Assembly: GCA_964016885.1 (NCBI GenBank)
Contig: OZ024746.1
Location: 42,346,001-42,410,000 of the forward strand
DNA from: Eledone cirrhosa
Lineage: Eukaryota
DNA: 64,000 bases
Direction of reading: 5' to 3'
The notes below the pieces were generated by a model, which saw only the letters and a program-made list of their open reading frames with translations, was not told where the DNA came from and searched no databases. This document shows positions 12,933 through 26,300 of the stretch, piece after piece. Within the stretch, counting starts at the first letter, position 1, and every line of letters begins with the position of its first letter. The position numbers and the translations under genes are program-made.

Positions 12933-13986
12933 AATATATGTACCTTTATAAGACTTTTCTTTTTATCAATAACCATTTATCTGTTTGAACACATTTAATT
13001 CTATAACAGAAATTATTCCACGAAAGCAGGAAAATATCTATGTACATGTTCCATAACATTTCTATAACGCAAATTATCAGTATACATTTCTGCAGACACA
13101 TGCAAATTGCAAATTAAGGTTTCAAATTATCGTACTGAATTCTGTTCTATTTCAGCAGAGTTCTTAAACCACATACTGTGAAATTATTATTGCTTTATTC
13201 TACATCAAGATTCGTTGAAATCTATATTTTAGTATTTAGAAAATAAAATGAAATATATACAACTAATCTTCGTTGTCATACCTAGAAACTCAATCCTTTG
13301 TTTTTCTATAAACTAATCATGATAATAGAAACTTTGGGTTGTAAAATTTGGCTCCAGTATTTTCGTATTCCTCTTCTTTTATTCTAAAACGAATATCTAA
13401 ATGTAAGGATATATCGTACATATCTAATTTGAAACTAGCATATTTTAGCTATTTTCCTCCAGTTATATCAGTGTAGTTTTTAAGTAAAATAATTTTAATT
13501 GATCAAAACAAAAATAATTTCTAACCACTGTGTTACTAAAAAAATGCTTCATCATGTACTAGCTGTATCATTGTAATAGACTTGTGATAATACATTTTCT
13601 ATTACTCATAATTTAGGTTTGTAAATTATTTATTATTTAATGAAGCGTTTCCATTATTTTTAAAAATTAAACTTTCATTAATTAGAATTTGAAATCGAAA
13701 AATTATAACTCACCAATCTTAGCAAAGTCAAATAAATATCCATTTGTTTGATTTTTAAGATGGAAAAGAAAACCAGACCCTTACTGACAGGACTCAAATT
13801 GTGTAGTTATTGGTTATTTAGGTGATAACTATGTAGTTCAAGTTCTATGCATGTGACACTGATTCTAATGTAATTGATTGTAATGTGTTATTTCACTTGC
13901 ATTTAAATCTTATCAATCAATTCATAAATATATAATTGTTGAAAACTATGCATTTCACTTCTCCTTATCTCTCTCTTTTTCTCTAG

Positions 13987-14056
13987 AATTGTCTTTCATT
14001 CTACACGAATTCCATGTCATTGTGATGTTCAGCAAGAATATTTGTCAGTGTATTGA
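13987..14056 (+). CDS. Candidate alternative terminal exon (phase 2: IVFHSTRIPCHCDVQQEYLSVY*)
   Basis: About 30-nt pyrimidine tract ending ctctAG at 13985-13986; reading frame is inferred. Confidence 0.25.
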
Positions 14057-14852
14057 TCATTTATATCTATTCTTGTGTACTTGTCCTTTTTATCCCTTGA
14101 TTCTTTTGATTTCGGTTTGCTTCTGGCTGTATATTTCATTTGTTGTATTTGGTTGGAAGTGTTTTTACAGGTGTTTTGTCATGCCTTTATTATTTTATTA
14201 TAGATTGTATTTTATTATTATTATTATTATTATGAATATTTTATAATAATAATAATAATTATTATTATTATTTACTGTTACTTAGTCAAGCAGCAGGTAG
14301 GAATGGATAATTGAACTATTGACCTAGTCTATATTTATTATTAAATAGTAATGTGTTGTTTTAGAAATGGTTATAATATAAGTGAATTATTGGTATGACC
14401 ATGTTTCTTTTTGTTGTTTGTTGGTCAAGCATTTTGTTTATGGTCTGGTGGTTCTTACTAGGTGAGAATGTGTGAATAAACTATTGACCTAGTGTTTTTA
14501 TTAAGCAATAATGTATTGCTTTGGAGATATTTGTATTTTGAAACAACTACTGACCTCCTTCTTCTTCTTCTATTAGTCTGATAATGTTGTTTTCTGATTT
14601 GTTGGGAAAGTGCTTTGTTTAAGGTCAAGGTGGAATATTTTGTCTAAGGATGAAACTAGTGTCCATCCACACCATAACCCCTTCCACAACAACACTACCT
14701 AATAAAACAACTAGGTCATTTACAGATTCCTAACTACTCAGAACACCACCAGACCATAAATAAAGTGCTTGACCAACAAACCATAACAAAACACTGCTAT
14801 AGTCAATTCACGCCATAATAACTTTCAATACCACACATTAATATTTAATAAT

Positions 14853-15070
14853 CGTTTCTACTTTTGGCACATGGCCAGCAATATAAAGGAAAGGAGAAAG
14901 TCGATAAAATTGACCCCAGTGCATTACTGGTACTAGATTTTATCGACCTTGTAAAGATGTAAGGCAAAGTTAACCTCGGCAGGATTTTAACTTAGACTAT
15001 AAAAAGCCATAACTATATGCCCCAAAGCATTTTATCTGACGCTCACATGATACTACCAATGCACCACCTT
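14853..15070 (-). mobile_element. SINE family A with 18-bp TSD
   Basis: TSD acattaatatttaataat at 14835-14852 and 15071-15088. Confidence 0.9.
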
Positions 15071-15535
15071 ACATTAATATTTAATAATAAATATAAATTA
15101 AGACAATAATTCATATACATATAATTTCTACCTATTTTTTTATGAACAAATAGTAATAAAAATGAATATGAACTTCAAAAATGCAAGACAAAATTTTCAA
15201 GAACTAAATATTATACATCCAATAACATTGCACAAACCTGTACAAACACCACTAATCACCCAATGAGATATACAGCCAGAGAAAGAGACCAACAATTAGA
15301 ACTGAGAGAAAAGAGAACAAGTACAAAACGATGGATATAAAAGAACAGGAACACTGAACAAAATCACTTTTGTTTATCTGACGGTCAGTTGCATGAAACC
15401 TGAGAAATGATGAAATAAAATTCGATTTTGATAAAATTTATTACCCTACAGCATGTAGTGGTTGCCAGTTTGTATCCATTCAAAAAAGTAATGTATATAT
15501 TCCTTCAGTCACAAATGGCCATGGGATTTGCACCT

Positions 15536-15810
15536 AGATAGTTGCCCTCTGAGGCACAAGTACAGGCAAGGTTGTCTGTGGAAGACCAGCAGTTGTCCAT
15601 GTATAGCAGTCTCCCCTCTTCTTGTTATTCAAGGGAAAGGCTATGGCTGATAAAGCTTGACACCAGTGAGGTCGCAACCCATTTCTACAGCTGAGTGAAC
15701 TGGAGCAACGGGAAATAAAGCATCTTGCTCGAGAATACAACACACAGGAATCAAACTCACAACTTCATGATTGTAAACTCGATGCTCTAATCACTAAATC
15801 ATGCACCTTC
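15536..15810 (-). mobile_element. tRNA-derived SINE family B
   Basis: ggagcaacgggaaataaagcatcttgctc...ggaatcaaactc shared with 20700-20935 and 21232-21372. Confidence 0.7.
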
Positions 15811-15824
15811 ACACACACACTATA

Positions 15825-15856
<32 letters not shown>

Positions 15857-15865
15857 CACACATAT

Positions 15866-16078
15866 GACGTGTAGGCACCACGGAAAAAAAACACCCAGCA
15901 CTCACTGTAAATAAGGTTGGTGTTAGGAAGGGCATCCAGCTGTAGAAATCAAGCCAGAATCAGTTCCCGTATGAGCAAGACAAGGTCAGCCGACCGGACA
16001 CTGCCCACAACAGGATAACCCGTCTAACCCATGCTAGCGTGGAAGAACAGGCGTAAAATGGTGGTAATGATGATGATG
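15866..16078 (+). mobile_element. SINE 3' part with ggttggtgttaggaagggcatccagc core (MetaSINE-like) and (ATG)n tail
   Basis: Core shared with 21120-21232 (-), 60895-61185 and 59760-60105. Confidence 0.7.
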
Positions 16079-19000
16079 TTATATATACATATATATATAT
16101 ATACAGATACACACACACATATATATACACACACACACATCTATATACACACACACACACATACACACACATATATATATATATACACACACACACACAT
16201 ATATATTGGGTATGAATTGGGGTTGTAGCTGCAATATATATATATATATATATATACTTACACACACATACATATATTATCATTGAGTGCTCTAACTGGT
16301 GGACCAATAGTAACTAAATATTACACACCAATGCACAACACACACACACACACATGTATATATATATATATATATACACACACACATATTATATATATAT
16401 ATACAGAAAGATATATAAAATTATTGATCGTGGATTACAAGATTAAGACTTTAGTCACTTCAGCAGGAGACAATTTCATTTAAATGTAAAAGAGTTTGTT
16501 TACCTTAATTTTCTACAGATTTTATTTCTTTGGCATCAAGCTCATATGGCATTGAACTAATATTTTCATAATTTTATTTGGAACACCATGCTGCATCAAA
16601 CATGTATTTTGTATTTCCAAATCATTCATGGTTGTTTTTTTATTTTCTATAAAACGTCTCCCATAAATTAATACCAATAATATTCTAGGATCAATTTGCT
16701 GGATCCTATAGAATCTTACAAGATAGATGTTTCACTAAAGTAACAGAAAAATCCAAATTTTCTTTATATGCCCAAAAGATATATCGATACATGTATGAGA
16801 TAAAAGAGAAATGTATTCAGTGGAAAAGTGAAACAAGTTCTTATATTTAAATTTTTTTTTCCTAAATACCCATTATCAGAATATAAAAAAATTCCAAATA
16901 AAATATCCTCTCAATAATCATTAAATGTTGGATAAAAATTAAATTTCTATAGGAAGTAAACTCTTAATAGGGTTATTTCAGTTATTGAATATATCCTTGG
17001 ACCTTAAGTCTAATAAATAATTTGGCGTCACAGATTTCCAGGAAATTTTCTTGAAGCTGTTCATACATTAACAATAAGATGCCTGTAATAACATATAGAG
17101 ATGGAAATATAAAATATAAATTATTTAAAAAAAAAAAGATATGGAAATCTATTACATGTTAAATCGCAATAAGGTCGACCTTGTCTTTCATCCTTCTTGT
17201 GGTCAATGTATCAGTTGGGTAGTGTTGCTGAATAATCAATTTTTCCTGTCTTCATAATTTGAGGCTTTGTGTCTCAGGTAGCATTCATAAAATGAATTGA
17301 TAGAAACATTAGAGCAGTGAATGAAATGTCTTGGAATACTTTTCTGGCTCCTTGTGTTCTGTGTTTAAATCTGTTGAGGTTAATTTTGCATTTCATCTTT
17401 CTGGGGTTGATAAATAAAGTAACAGTTTTGGGCAGTGGGCTAATGTTATAATTAGAATGTCAAATACGATGTATTTGAGTATTTGTCCTACTTCTAAATT
17501 CAAATCTTTCTGTGGTCCATATGAGTGTTAGATTTCATCTGTTACCCATCAGGTTTTTGGGGGTGGGTGGGCAGTGAGGTCCTTTAGCAGAGTCTGCTCA
17601 GTTGTAACTATTTGGACTAGATTTCAAGTTTGAAGATACCTTCCTTCCGCCCCATTAGTCTTTGGGGCTGACCTTTTTTTTTCCAATTAAATGACACTAG
17701 AGAAAAACTGATTGGTTTGTTAATATATTTGACAACCAGCATTTAGGTTAAGAATTCAAATATATTGTTTGTGTGTTAAGGTGCCTCGAAATGTTATTTA
17801 TAATTGTATGCAGCTCATTGCTTTTCTTGTTGAATTAGGTAATGGAAAATATACAAAACAATTCTTCCAATATACTAGAATATTGAGGGTCGATTTGTTT
17901 CTGAACTGTTGAGTAGATAGGGAACCAAATTTAAATACCATCTCAATACAGCTTTGATATTCAAGAGAATATTAACTACATTTGAAAATCATATAAAAAT
18001 CAGGTGTCTGAAATTTATTTTGTTTCATATTCACAAAGGATTATGCAATGAATAACTCCTGTCATTTTATCATTGGTGTTCTAAAATAATATATCTTCTA
18101 AATATTGATATTTCTAATATCTTTGTGATTTTTTCTTAAAATATATATTTCTAAAAGAAATTGTTTTAAAGCATTGTTTAGAACTGATTGAACAGACCAA
18201 TGATCAATACTAATACAGCTATGACAATTCCACTATTTATTCATCCATAGTTCATCTAAGATTACATAATCTAATGTATCCTTCCTTCCTCAGTAGTGTG
18301 GATTTAAGGGTGATTTGTTTGCTATTTCTAACCAGTCAAAACTATCTCACTGGTTTGTGACATCTATTGATGTTTATAGAAGGAATATGGGAATATGATT
18401 TGTTTGATTAAATCCTACTTGCATCCTATTCTATTTATCACAAAAAGCTAACAAATTTATGTACTTTATTTTCAAATAGAAAAGTGCTCACCTAACAACT
18501 GCTACCAAACAGTCAATATTCTGTCACTAATGTTCTGGGCCAATTCATGAAATATAAAAAAGTTGTGTTGGAAAGTGCAACTATCTACACTCACTCTAAA
18601 TAGTGAGGAGAGGGTGGAATTTTAAACAGTATGGAGTGGGAGCACTAAAATTACTGAATGACTGGCAGTGCTGCAACGAAATTCTAGAATAGGCAAGAGA
18701 AACATTCCTCTCTGGGAGATCCTGTAATAAGCAGAAATATATTATTTCTGCAAAAAATCAATGCCATGCTTTAAAACAATTTCTTGATTTAAAGTAGTAA
18801 TAGTTATTTTTTTAATAAACAAAGAATTAATTTATTCACCAGCAACAAGAGAATTATGACTTTCGTTTGCTTTACAATGCCACATAGAAATATGAAAGCA
18901 TTTAAAGATTTTAATGATGAAATATCTGAGTATGAAATATCTTAACTTCTTTGATGAAATTGTTGAAGTTTATCAAATGGTAGGTAACAGAGAAGTTTCA

Positions 19001-19309
19001 AAAAAGTATTTGCAGAAAGATTCTGGTTCATTTTAGTAAAAAGGAGAAACATGAGTGCAATGAGAATATCTTAATTAGGATTGCAATGTAACTGTTAGGT
19101 AGAGCAACACAGATTATATGAATAGCAGGTGAATGAGGAATAGATTTCTCAATTCATTGTTATGCAAGGACTAAAGATCCTCAATAATGAACAGTTTGTT
19201 AATTGAGTTTTTTGTTAATATGGTTTAGAATTCTACTGAATGATAAGTGTGTAATTCCAAATAGTTATCTAGCTTATATCTATGCTTTTAAAACATTCTT
19301 TATCAGTTT

Positions 19310-19481
19310 AAGTAAATGCTGTTGACAACTTCTTTGACCAATAGGATGAAAGCTTCTTCACCAATGGGATCTAAGCACTGCACCACTGATGGAAGAAAGC
19401 GTGGACTGCAAGGGGGACTATGTTAAAAAATAAACTTCATCGGTCATATTCCATGAGTATCTTGGTCAACCGACCCTCGTA
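19310..19481 (+). mobile_element. Mariner 3' fragment (transposase C-terminus and terminal repeat)
   Basis: FFD..ESFFTNGI..L...WKK...KGDYV resembles the mariner C-terminus; ends ...accctcgTA. Confidence 0.7.
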
Positions 19482-20699
19482 TATTGGAGATCAGCAATGT
19501 GACTTATCCTAATAGCTAAATTGAGTTTTCCAGGAAACATATTGGGGTTTATATTAACCTATTTAAAATGTTTATTGGGAGCTATGGTTAGTATAAAGGC
19601 TTTGAAACATGCTTTGTGTATGATGTTAATTGGTTTTAGAGCCTGTAGCATTAGAGACTTCCAGCATTCTTGACCCCCAGACTACATCCCTGCTCATTGC
19701 TATTGGAGCGGAGTTGGTTGTCCATAGGTGTGAGCCCTACAAGGTGAAGTAGCTGTTCCAATGCATCACCCTCACCATCCTCTGAGGCAATGAATTCTCT
19801 ATCCTGTTGGCTGGGACCAAGAGGCAGAGGGTAAGATATTTGGAGGTGAAGGATACTCATTCAGATATCACACATATACATACAAAGATGCCAATTTAAT
19901 GGTAGTGTCTTACATTAGAAATGTAGTAGAAATAGTTGGACTTTTGCATTCGTTCTCCTGTTTGAAAGTTCCAATGTTTTTCAGTAATTTACAAGAAAGG
20001 ATGTACTTCTTTTTAAATGGATAGTGTTTTAATATTTCTTCATGAGATTCAGGAATTTCATCATCATTATTTTACATCTGTATTCCCTACTAACTTGGGT
20101 TTTATATTCAAATAAAATATTCATTTTATCTAATTTAATCTAAATAATATATATATTCCTATGTCTTGCTTACTTAAATATTGGAAGAAACACAACAGTA
20201 ACGTTTCTCAAATACTCATATACACACCAAAGAAACAGTCAGTAATAACTGAAACTAAACATCTTCATTATTAGAAACATATATAGGATGAGTTAGTGTT
20301 ACATTAGGTACTAATGTATATCAATAGACAAAGATTTGTTTATACCGTTATAGAAATAATTAGGGGAATGAAGAGTTGGTATGTAATTATTTTTGTAATG
20401 GCTGTGCTAAGAGAAATGATAGTAAAGAACTGAAAAGGAAATCAAGAAACAAATAAAAATAAGAATGGAAGGAAGCAAGCACATTTAGTAACAAAATAAT
20501 TGCCACTGGAAAATGTTAAGGAATAGAAAAAACCCTAGCATTGAAACATTTGACATTAGTAAATATCTTTTGGGTGGCAATTACGATATGAACATGATAG
20601 AAATGACCGCAGAAATATATGTTATAATTTTTATGGTATTATAGATATTGATTCTGATGATAATTTGGACATAGTTAAGTATAAGTCTAAAATATGTTT

Positions 20700-21372
20700 C
20701 AAGCCTAGAGGCTCATCAGGCTAATCCCAGTTTCCATGGTTTTAAGCAACTGAGAGTACAAGATTCCCCCTTGGACAGGGTTAAACTCCAAGCTACTGCT
20801 AGTACTCATGTTCAGTCAAATATACTAGAGCAATGTGAAATGAAGTGTTTTACTCAAAAACACAACTCATAACCCAATCCAGGAATCAAACCCATGACAT
20901 TAAGATCATAAGTCCAGCACCCTAACCCTAACCACAAGTTAAATATAATTGATTTTTAAATTGCCAACTGGAAGCAGGTGTAAAATTAAAATATATAGTA
21001 GAAGAGGTAAGAAATGGGCAATGATAGGTGAGGATTAGAGACTTCCCAATTATAACTAATTGTATACAAATAGTGATATACTGGGAAATATTCTTGAGTT
21101 ACTGTTAGTTATGGTCAGAGAATTCATTTCATCATTTCATTTCATGTCCGCTTTTTCCCTGCTTGCAAGGGTGGGACGGGAACTGATTCTGGCTTGATTT
21201 CTACAGCTGGATGCCCTTCCTAACACCAACCTCATTTCTACAGCTGAGTAAACTGGAGAAATGTGAAATAAAGTGTCTTGCTCAAGGAAACAACACATCA
21301 CCTGGTCTGAGAATTGAACTCACAACCTTTCGATTGCAAGGCTAATGCTTTAACCACTAATCCATGTGCCTC
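20700..21372 (-). mobile_element. SINE cluster: family B relic (20700-20935) and chimeric SINE (21120-21372)
   Basis: Similarity to 15536-15810 and 15915-15970. Confidence 0.7.
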
Positions 21373-22608
21373 CTTTTAAACATAACATTGAACTGCTGAA
21401 AAAGTTATATTAAATTTCTTTACAACTTACTTTGATACAATTTCTGGCAGAATTTCCTGTTTTATTTGTTGGTAAACAGTTAAATGTTGTAAATATTAAT
21501 CGGAAATCTGAATATTTGATTGTTAGGATGTTTACAAATGTTAGACAGGATTATGCTGATATTGATCACCGAGAAACAAGCCAGTTTCAATTTTTCTAAT
21601 ATTTGGGATAAAATGAAAAGTAGAAATTATTATTTTTTTTTATTGCAGTGAGAGTATTTCTCTATATACATAAAACAGCAAGTTATATATGTGATAATTA
21701 TTTCGATAAGTTTAATCTTCTTGCAAAATCTGGTGCCATCATATTCTAAAATAACTTTCTAATTGGGAACATTTGTTCCTGAAGTATTGTTCTCTATGAC
21801 AAAAACTGTGTGACAGCAAATAAATCTTATATTGAATCCTAATTAACTGGATATTTTACATATGATATCATATTGATTAAACATAAAGTAAACCAAATTT
21901 AATTCACAAATGCTGCCACTGTCTTTATTTGCTGATTAAAAAAAATATCAATATTTCTGAAAACCTGTTTAAGAATATAAGAAAACAACTTTGATTACTC
22001 TGTGATACTTAGGGATCATCTTATTTCAATTCTTATGACTGTCTTTAAGATTTGGAAACCTTTTTCTAAATTCTACATATACAAAATGTTAAAAATGTGG
22101 CTTGAATACTAAGTGATGTGTTAATATTGTGTTAGGATTTCTGTTAATATTTTGTAAAACTTATAAAATACTGATTATATTTTTTATAAAGAGATAGTAA
22201 GAGAGACCTAGAAAGCTAAAATAAATATATCAATGACCCAAGATATTGATAAACTATAACTAGTAAAACCATTGAATTTGAGGAAACTAGTAATGTTTTG
22301 CATCAGCAAAAATGATACAAGTTGCTCAAAGGGTAGAATAAATGTCCTGCCATGAGGATGAAGTAGAGTTTCATATTTTGGGGTATCCTTCTTTAAAGAG
22401 AGACGAAATGTCAACTGTTGATATTTCATTTCTCTTCCACAAAGGGCAATGGATGTAATATTAGACTTCCCTTCTACCTTATAGCATAAATATTATTCTA
22501 CTGTTTGAAATATTTATTAAGTAATAGATTCATAATATGATTGGGTGAAAAAAATTAATAGTTTTATTGATTCTTTTACAGTAATATTTGACACACACAC
22601 ACACACAC

Positions 22609-22639
<31 letters not shown>

Positions 22640-23314
22640 CTCATTACACATACGCAATAATGTGTGCTTTTCAGGTGATAATCAAAGTTATGAGCTGTGA
22701 ATATAAATGTTTCTTTCTTTCAAAATGATATAGCGAATGAGTTATAAGAATAAACTAAATAAAAATTATAATACTAACTGGATGTATGATATGATTGTGA
22801 ACTAAATGAAACCAACAAATCTATAAAGATTTTAATGCTGCTGTAGGAATCAGACTATGTTGTGATGGAAAGGTCTGACTCAGTGTTGAAAGTTTTAATT
22901 AAAATTTTTTTTTTTAATACTGGAGTTGTTGAAAAAAAGAGGAATAAATCAAATTGGTTCTTGTCATATTGAATATCTTTATTGGATTCTTTTAATAAAA
23001 ACGATTTGTTTGAATATATTCTCAAAGTTATAAAAGGAGAGGCAGTTCTAGAATTTTTATTCAACATTAATATGCCCATTTCCATCTAATTTTCTAAAAT
23101 CACACCAATTGGTAATAGAATAAACAGTATTTTTGTAACACAACTTTCTAATAATTCTCCAGTATTTTGTAAGAATGTGTTTATAAAAAAATCTTAATTC
23201 TAGATGATGAAATAAATAATTATCTCTTATAATTAAATATATATTATATGGTCAAATATTTCTTTTGAATAATCATTGTAATCAAATATTTTGAAAGCTC
23301 CTTTTCCTTTACAG

Positions 23315-23354
23315 ACCTTATCAGTTGGATTTCTATGATAATTGTGTTGTATAA
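23315..23354 (+). CDS. Candidate alternative terminal exon (phase 2: PYQLDFYDNCVV*)
   Basis: ctccttttcctttacAG acceptor; reading frame is inferred. Confidence 0.2.
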
Positions 23355-26300
23355 CTAGTGATATGCCTAGCCACCAATGTGATAGCAGCTTTCACTATTA
23401 TATGCTTCTGGTTTGAAAATAGCATTAGCACTTTGCAGAACCAAGTTTTAATTTCATTCCATTGAGAATTCCAGAACAGAAGCATCTATCATAATCAGTA
23501 GTTGAACCACAGAAAAAAAATGTCAAATACAGTTTACAAAAGTACAATCATTTCACCCTAAATGATTATACACAAAGATCTGTTCCTTATTCTCTTTGTA
23601 ATAAAAAATAACATTTTATTTTTTGTGAGTTCTTATCATAAAAATGTATTTTTAAAAAAATCATAATTTTCTTCAACAACTAAAAGTTTCAACATTTAGC
23701 ATCCAAATGGGTCTTTTTTCTGTCTCATTCATAGATGGCAATAATTGCCATAATGTTAAATAAATTAGGGTTATGGTAATGCAAGAGACTGACAAATGTA
23801 AGTATATTTATATTGACTTGATTTATGACACAAGACCCTAACATTTCAAATGATATCCAGTATTTATTTATTTTTTTCATTACTAAAATTAAAAAGAATT
23901 CCTGTTAAAATATAATTAAAAACAAATGAAACACTTAAGTATTTTATCTGACCTACAGCCATAATTACTACAAATTAAAACAACTTGGTTCAAACAACCA
24001 TAGAACCATTAGAAAAATACACTTAGACAAGCATGTAGAAAACTAACCAAGATTCAAGTGTACTTGAGGAGAAGTAGGAGTAACCATTCTAAAGAACATT
24101 AATTTAGCTCTTTTTACCATCTCACTTAAGCTGTTATAACAACGAATATCTATTTTCTGTTACCATCACTTCTTGTTCTCTCTTCAAGTTTTGTTGAATT
24201 TGGTTGTTCTTTTAATCAGTATATGTCTAACATAATATCATATAGCAAGCTGAATAGGCCTTATATTGACAGTTGGAATAAATCAGAAAACATTTCTATG
24301 ACCATTAAAATAAACACATCAAATACTCAGAATTGTGGAAGAAAGGAATTTGAGACAACTGAATTACTGCTTTTGTTACAAGGTTATTTTCTGTTGAAAG
24401 GGTTTGGGGAAAGAAGAAAAAATAAAATAAAATAAAATATTTTGATTTCAAAATATGAATGAATGTATAAGAACGATAATTTCTATTATTTTTGAATAAC
24501 GACTGAAAATTTCATCTATATTTTACTATCACTTTGAGTAAGAGCAAAAAAAAAGAAAAAATTAGATAAAACCCAAAGAAAGGGGGGGGGGAGAAGGAGA
24601 GAGAAGAGGAAAAAATTAATTTCCAGTTAAATTTTGGTAGGCTTAAAAATGAAACAAAAAAGTAACATTAAATGAATAACATGAAGTAGCACCATTGCAA
24701 GCATCACTTGTATTTATGGTTGTTGTTGTTGTTGCTGTTATTATTATCATTATTATTATTATTACAATTATTATAATATTTCGTTTGTAGTATACCTCAG
24801 AACTTGCCATATGAAATGATGTAAAACATGTTCTTTATATTATTTCTTTTGTTTGTTTGTATATAAGAGAAACTCAATGCGAAAATATTCTAAGGTGACT
24901 GATGCAGTTCACTGGATCATGTTAAAAGTATGGGTCAAGAGCTTTTTTTTAGGTGGATAACAACGATGAATTTTTGCTGCTCAGCTAATCTACTAATCAT
25001 TAATAGTCAATATTTCCTACTAAATGTTTGCCTTGTTTAGAAAGAAAGACCATATATTGATAAGGATGGCTATTTAATAATCAAACTAAAATTTGTATTT
25101 CTTATGATAAAAGGTACAATATTTGTATGTCCTTTTTCCAAATTTAGTGCTCTTTGTACAGTTTCTAAAACATTTCAATATAGAATGCAGCAGATATATG
25201 TTGCAGACTACATTGATCAAAACACTTATGTTATTTTCATAATGTATATATTTTTACACTTATACTCATTCAAATATACATACATACATATACTCAATTT
25301 ACACAAATAATTGAATATAGTCAATACATTCGTATATGAATATACATACACTAAAAGATATATATATATTAATTGAAGCTGATGCCTCAGTCCTCTGCTA
25401 CTTTAAATGTCTATTTCTTGCATATTTTTCAACATACACACACAAACACACACACACACACATATATATATACATGTTGCCTTAGATAAATTTGCAAGAA
25501 CTGGGTAACTAATGGTAACAACAGAATGAAGCTTCAGTTTCAAATATATAATCATGATTATGTGTTAAGGATATTTTCTGTCAGTTTTACATCCATACAC
25601 TCATACACACATATATATATTATATTATATATAAATACACGCACATATTATATACATATATATATATAAATACATACACATACATATATATATTATATAC
25701 AAATACACACACTCACATTTATATATGTGTATGTGTGTGTATATGTGTATGTGTGTAACTCATGCATGCATGTTTTTATGAAGAATTAATAAAACACTGG
25801 TTAGTGTATATGACTTGGTTGATCTGTTTTTGTTTTGTTTCTTTTTCAAACATATGAATCATGGAAGTAAATTAACTTGATATTAAGTGGAAGACTTTAG
25901 GACTGGTTGTAAGTTTGATACAGAAAGAAGAAACGGGTTTAATACCAATTTGATGACTTTCAATATTAGTATTTTTTTATATAATGACAAAACAAGAGAT
26001 TTTTGAAGAGCACTGTATATAGGGGTGCTGGGGTTTAGATAATATCATAGCTATCTTAACCTTTCTTTCTTACGCAATCTGTTAAATAAGAACCTCTGGT
26101 ATACCCAGATAAGCAGTCATATATAACCAAGCAGATAGTTGATTTTACTAATAGCTAATGAAAAATTAAAAGTTCAATAAAATAATATGATAACATTTAT
26201 ATCAGCCATACAGTTATGTTTCTTTCAGTCATTTATTTTACTGACAAAAAAAACGTTACTAAAAAGAAAAACTGCTGTTACAGAATATATAGTTATCACA

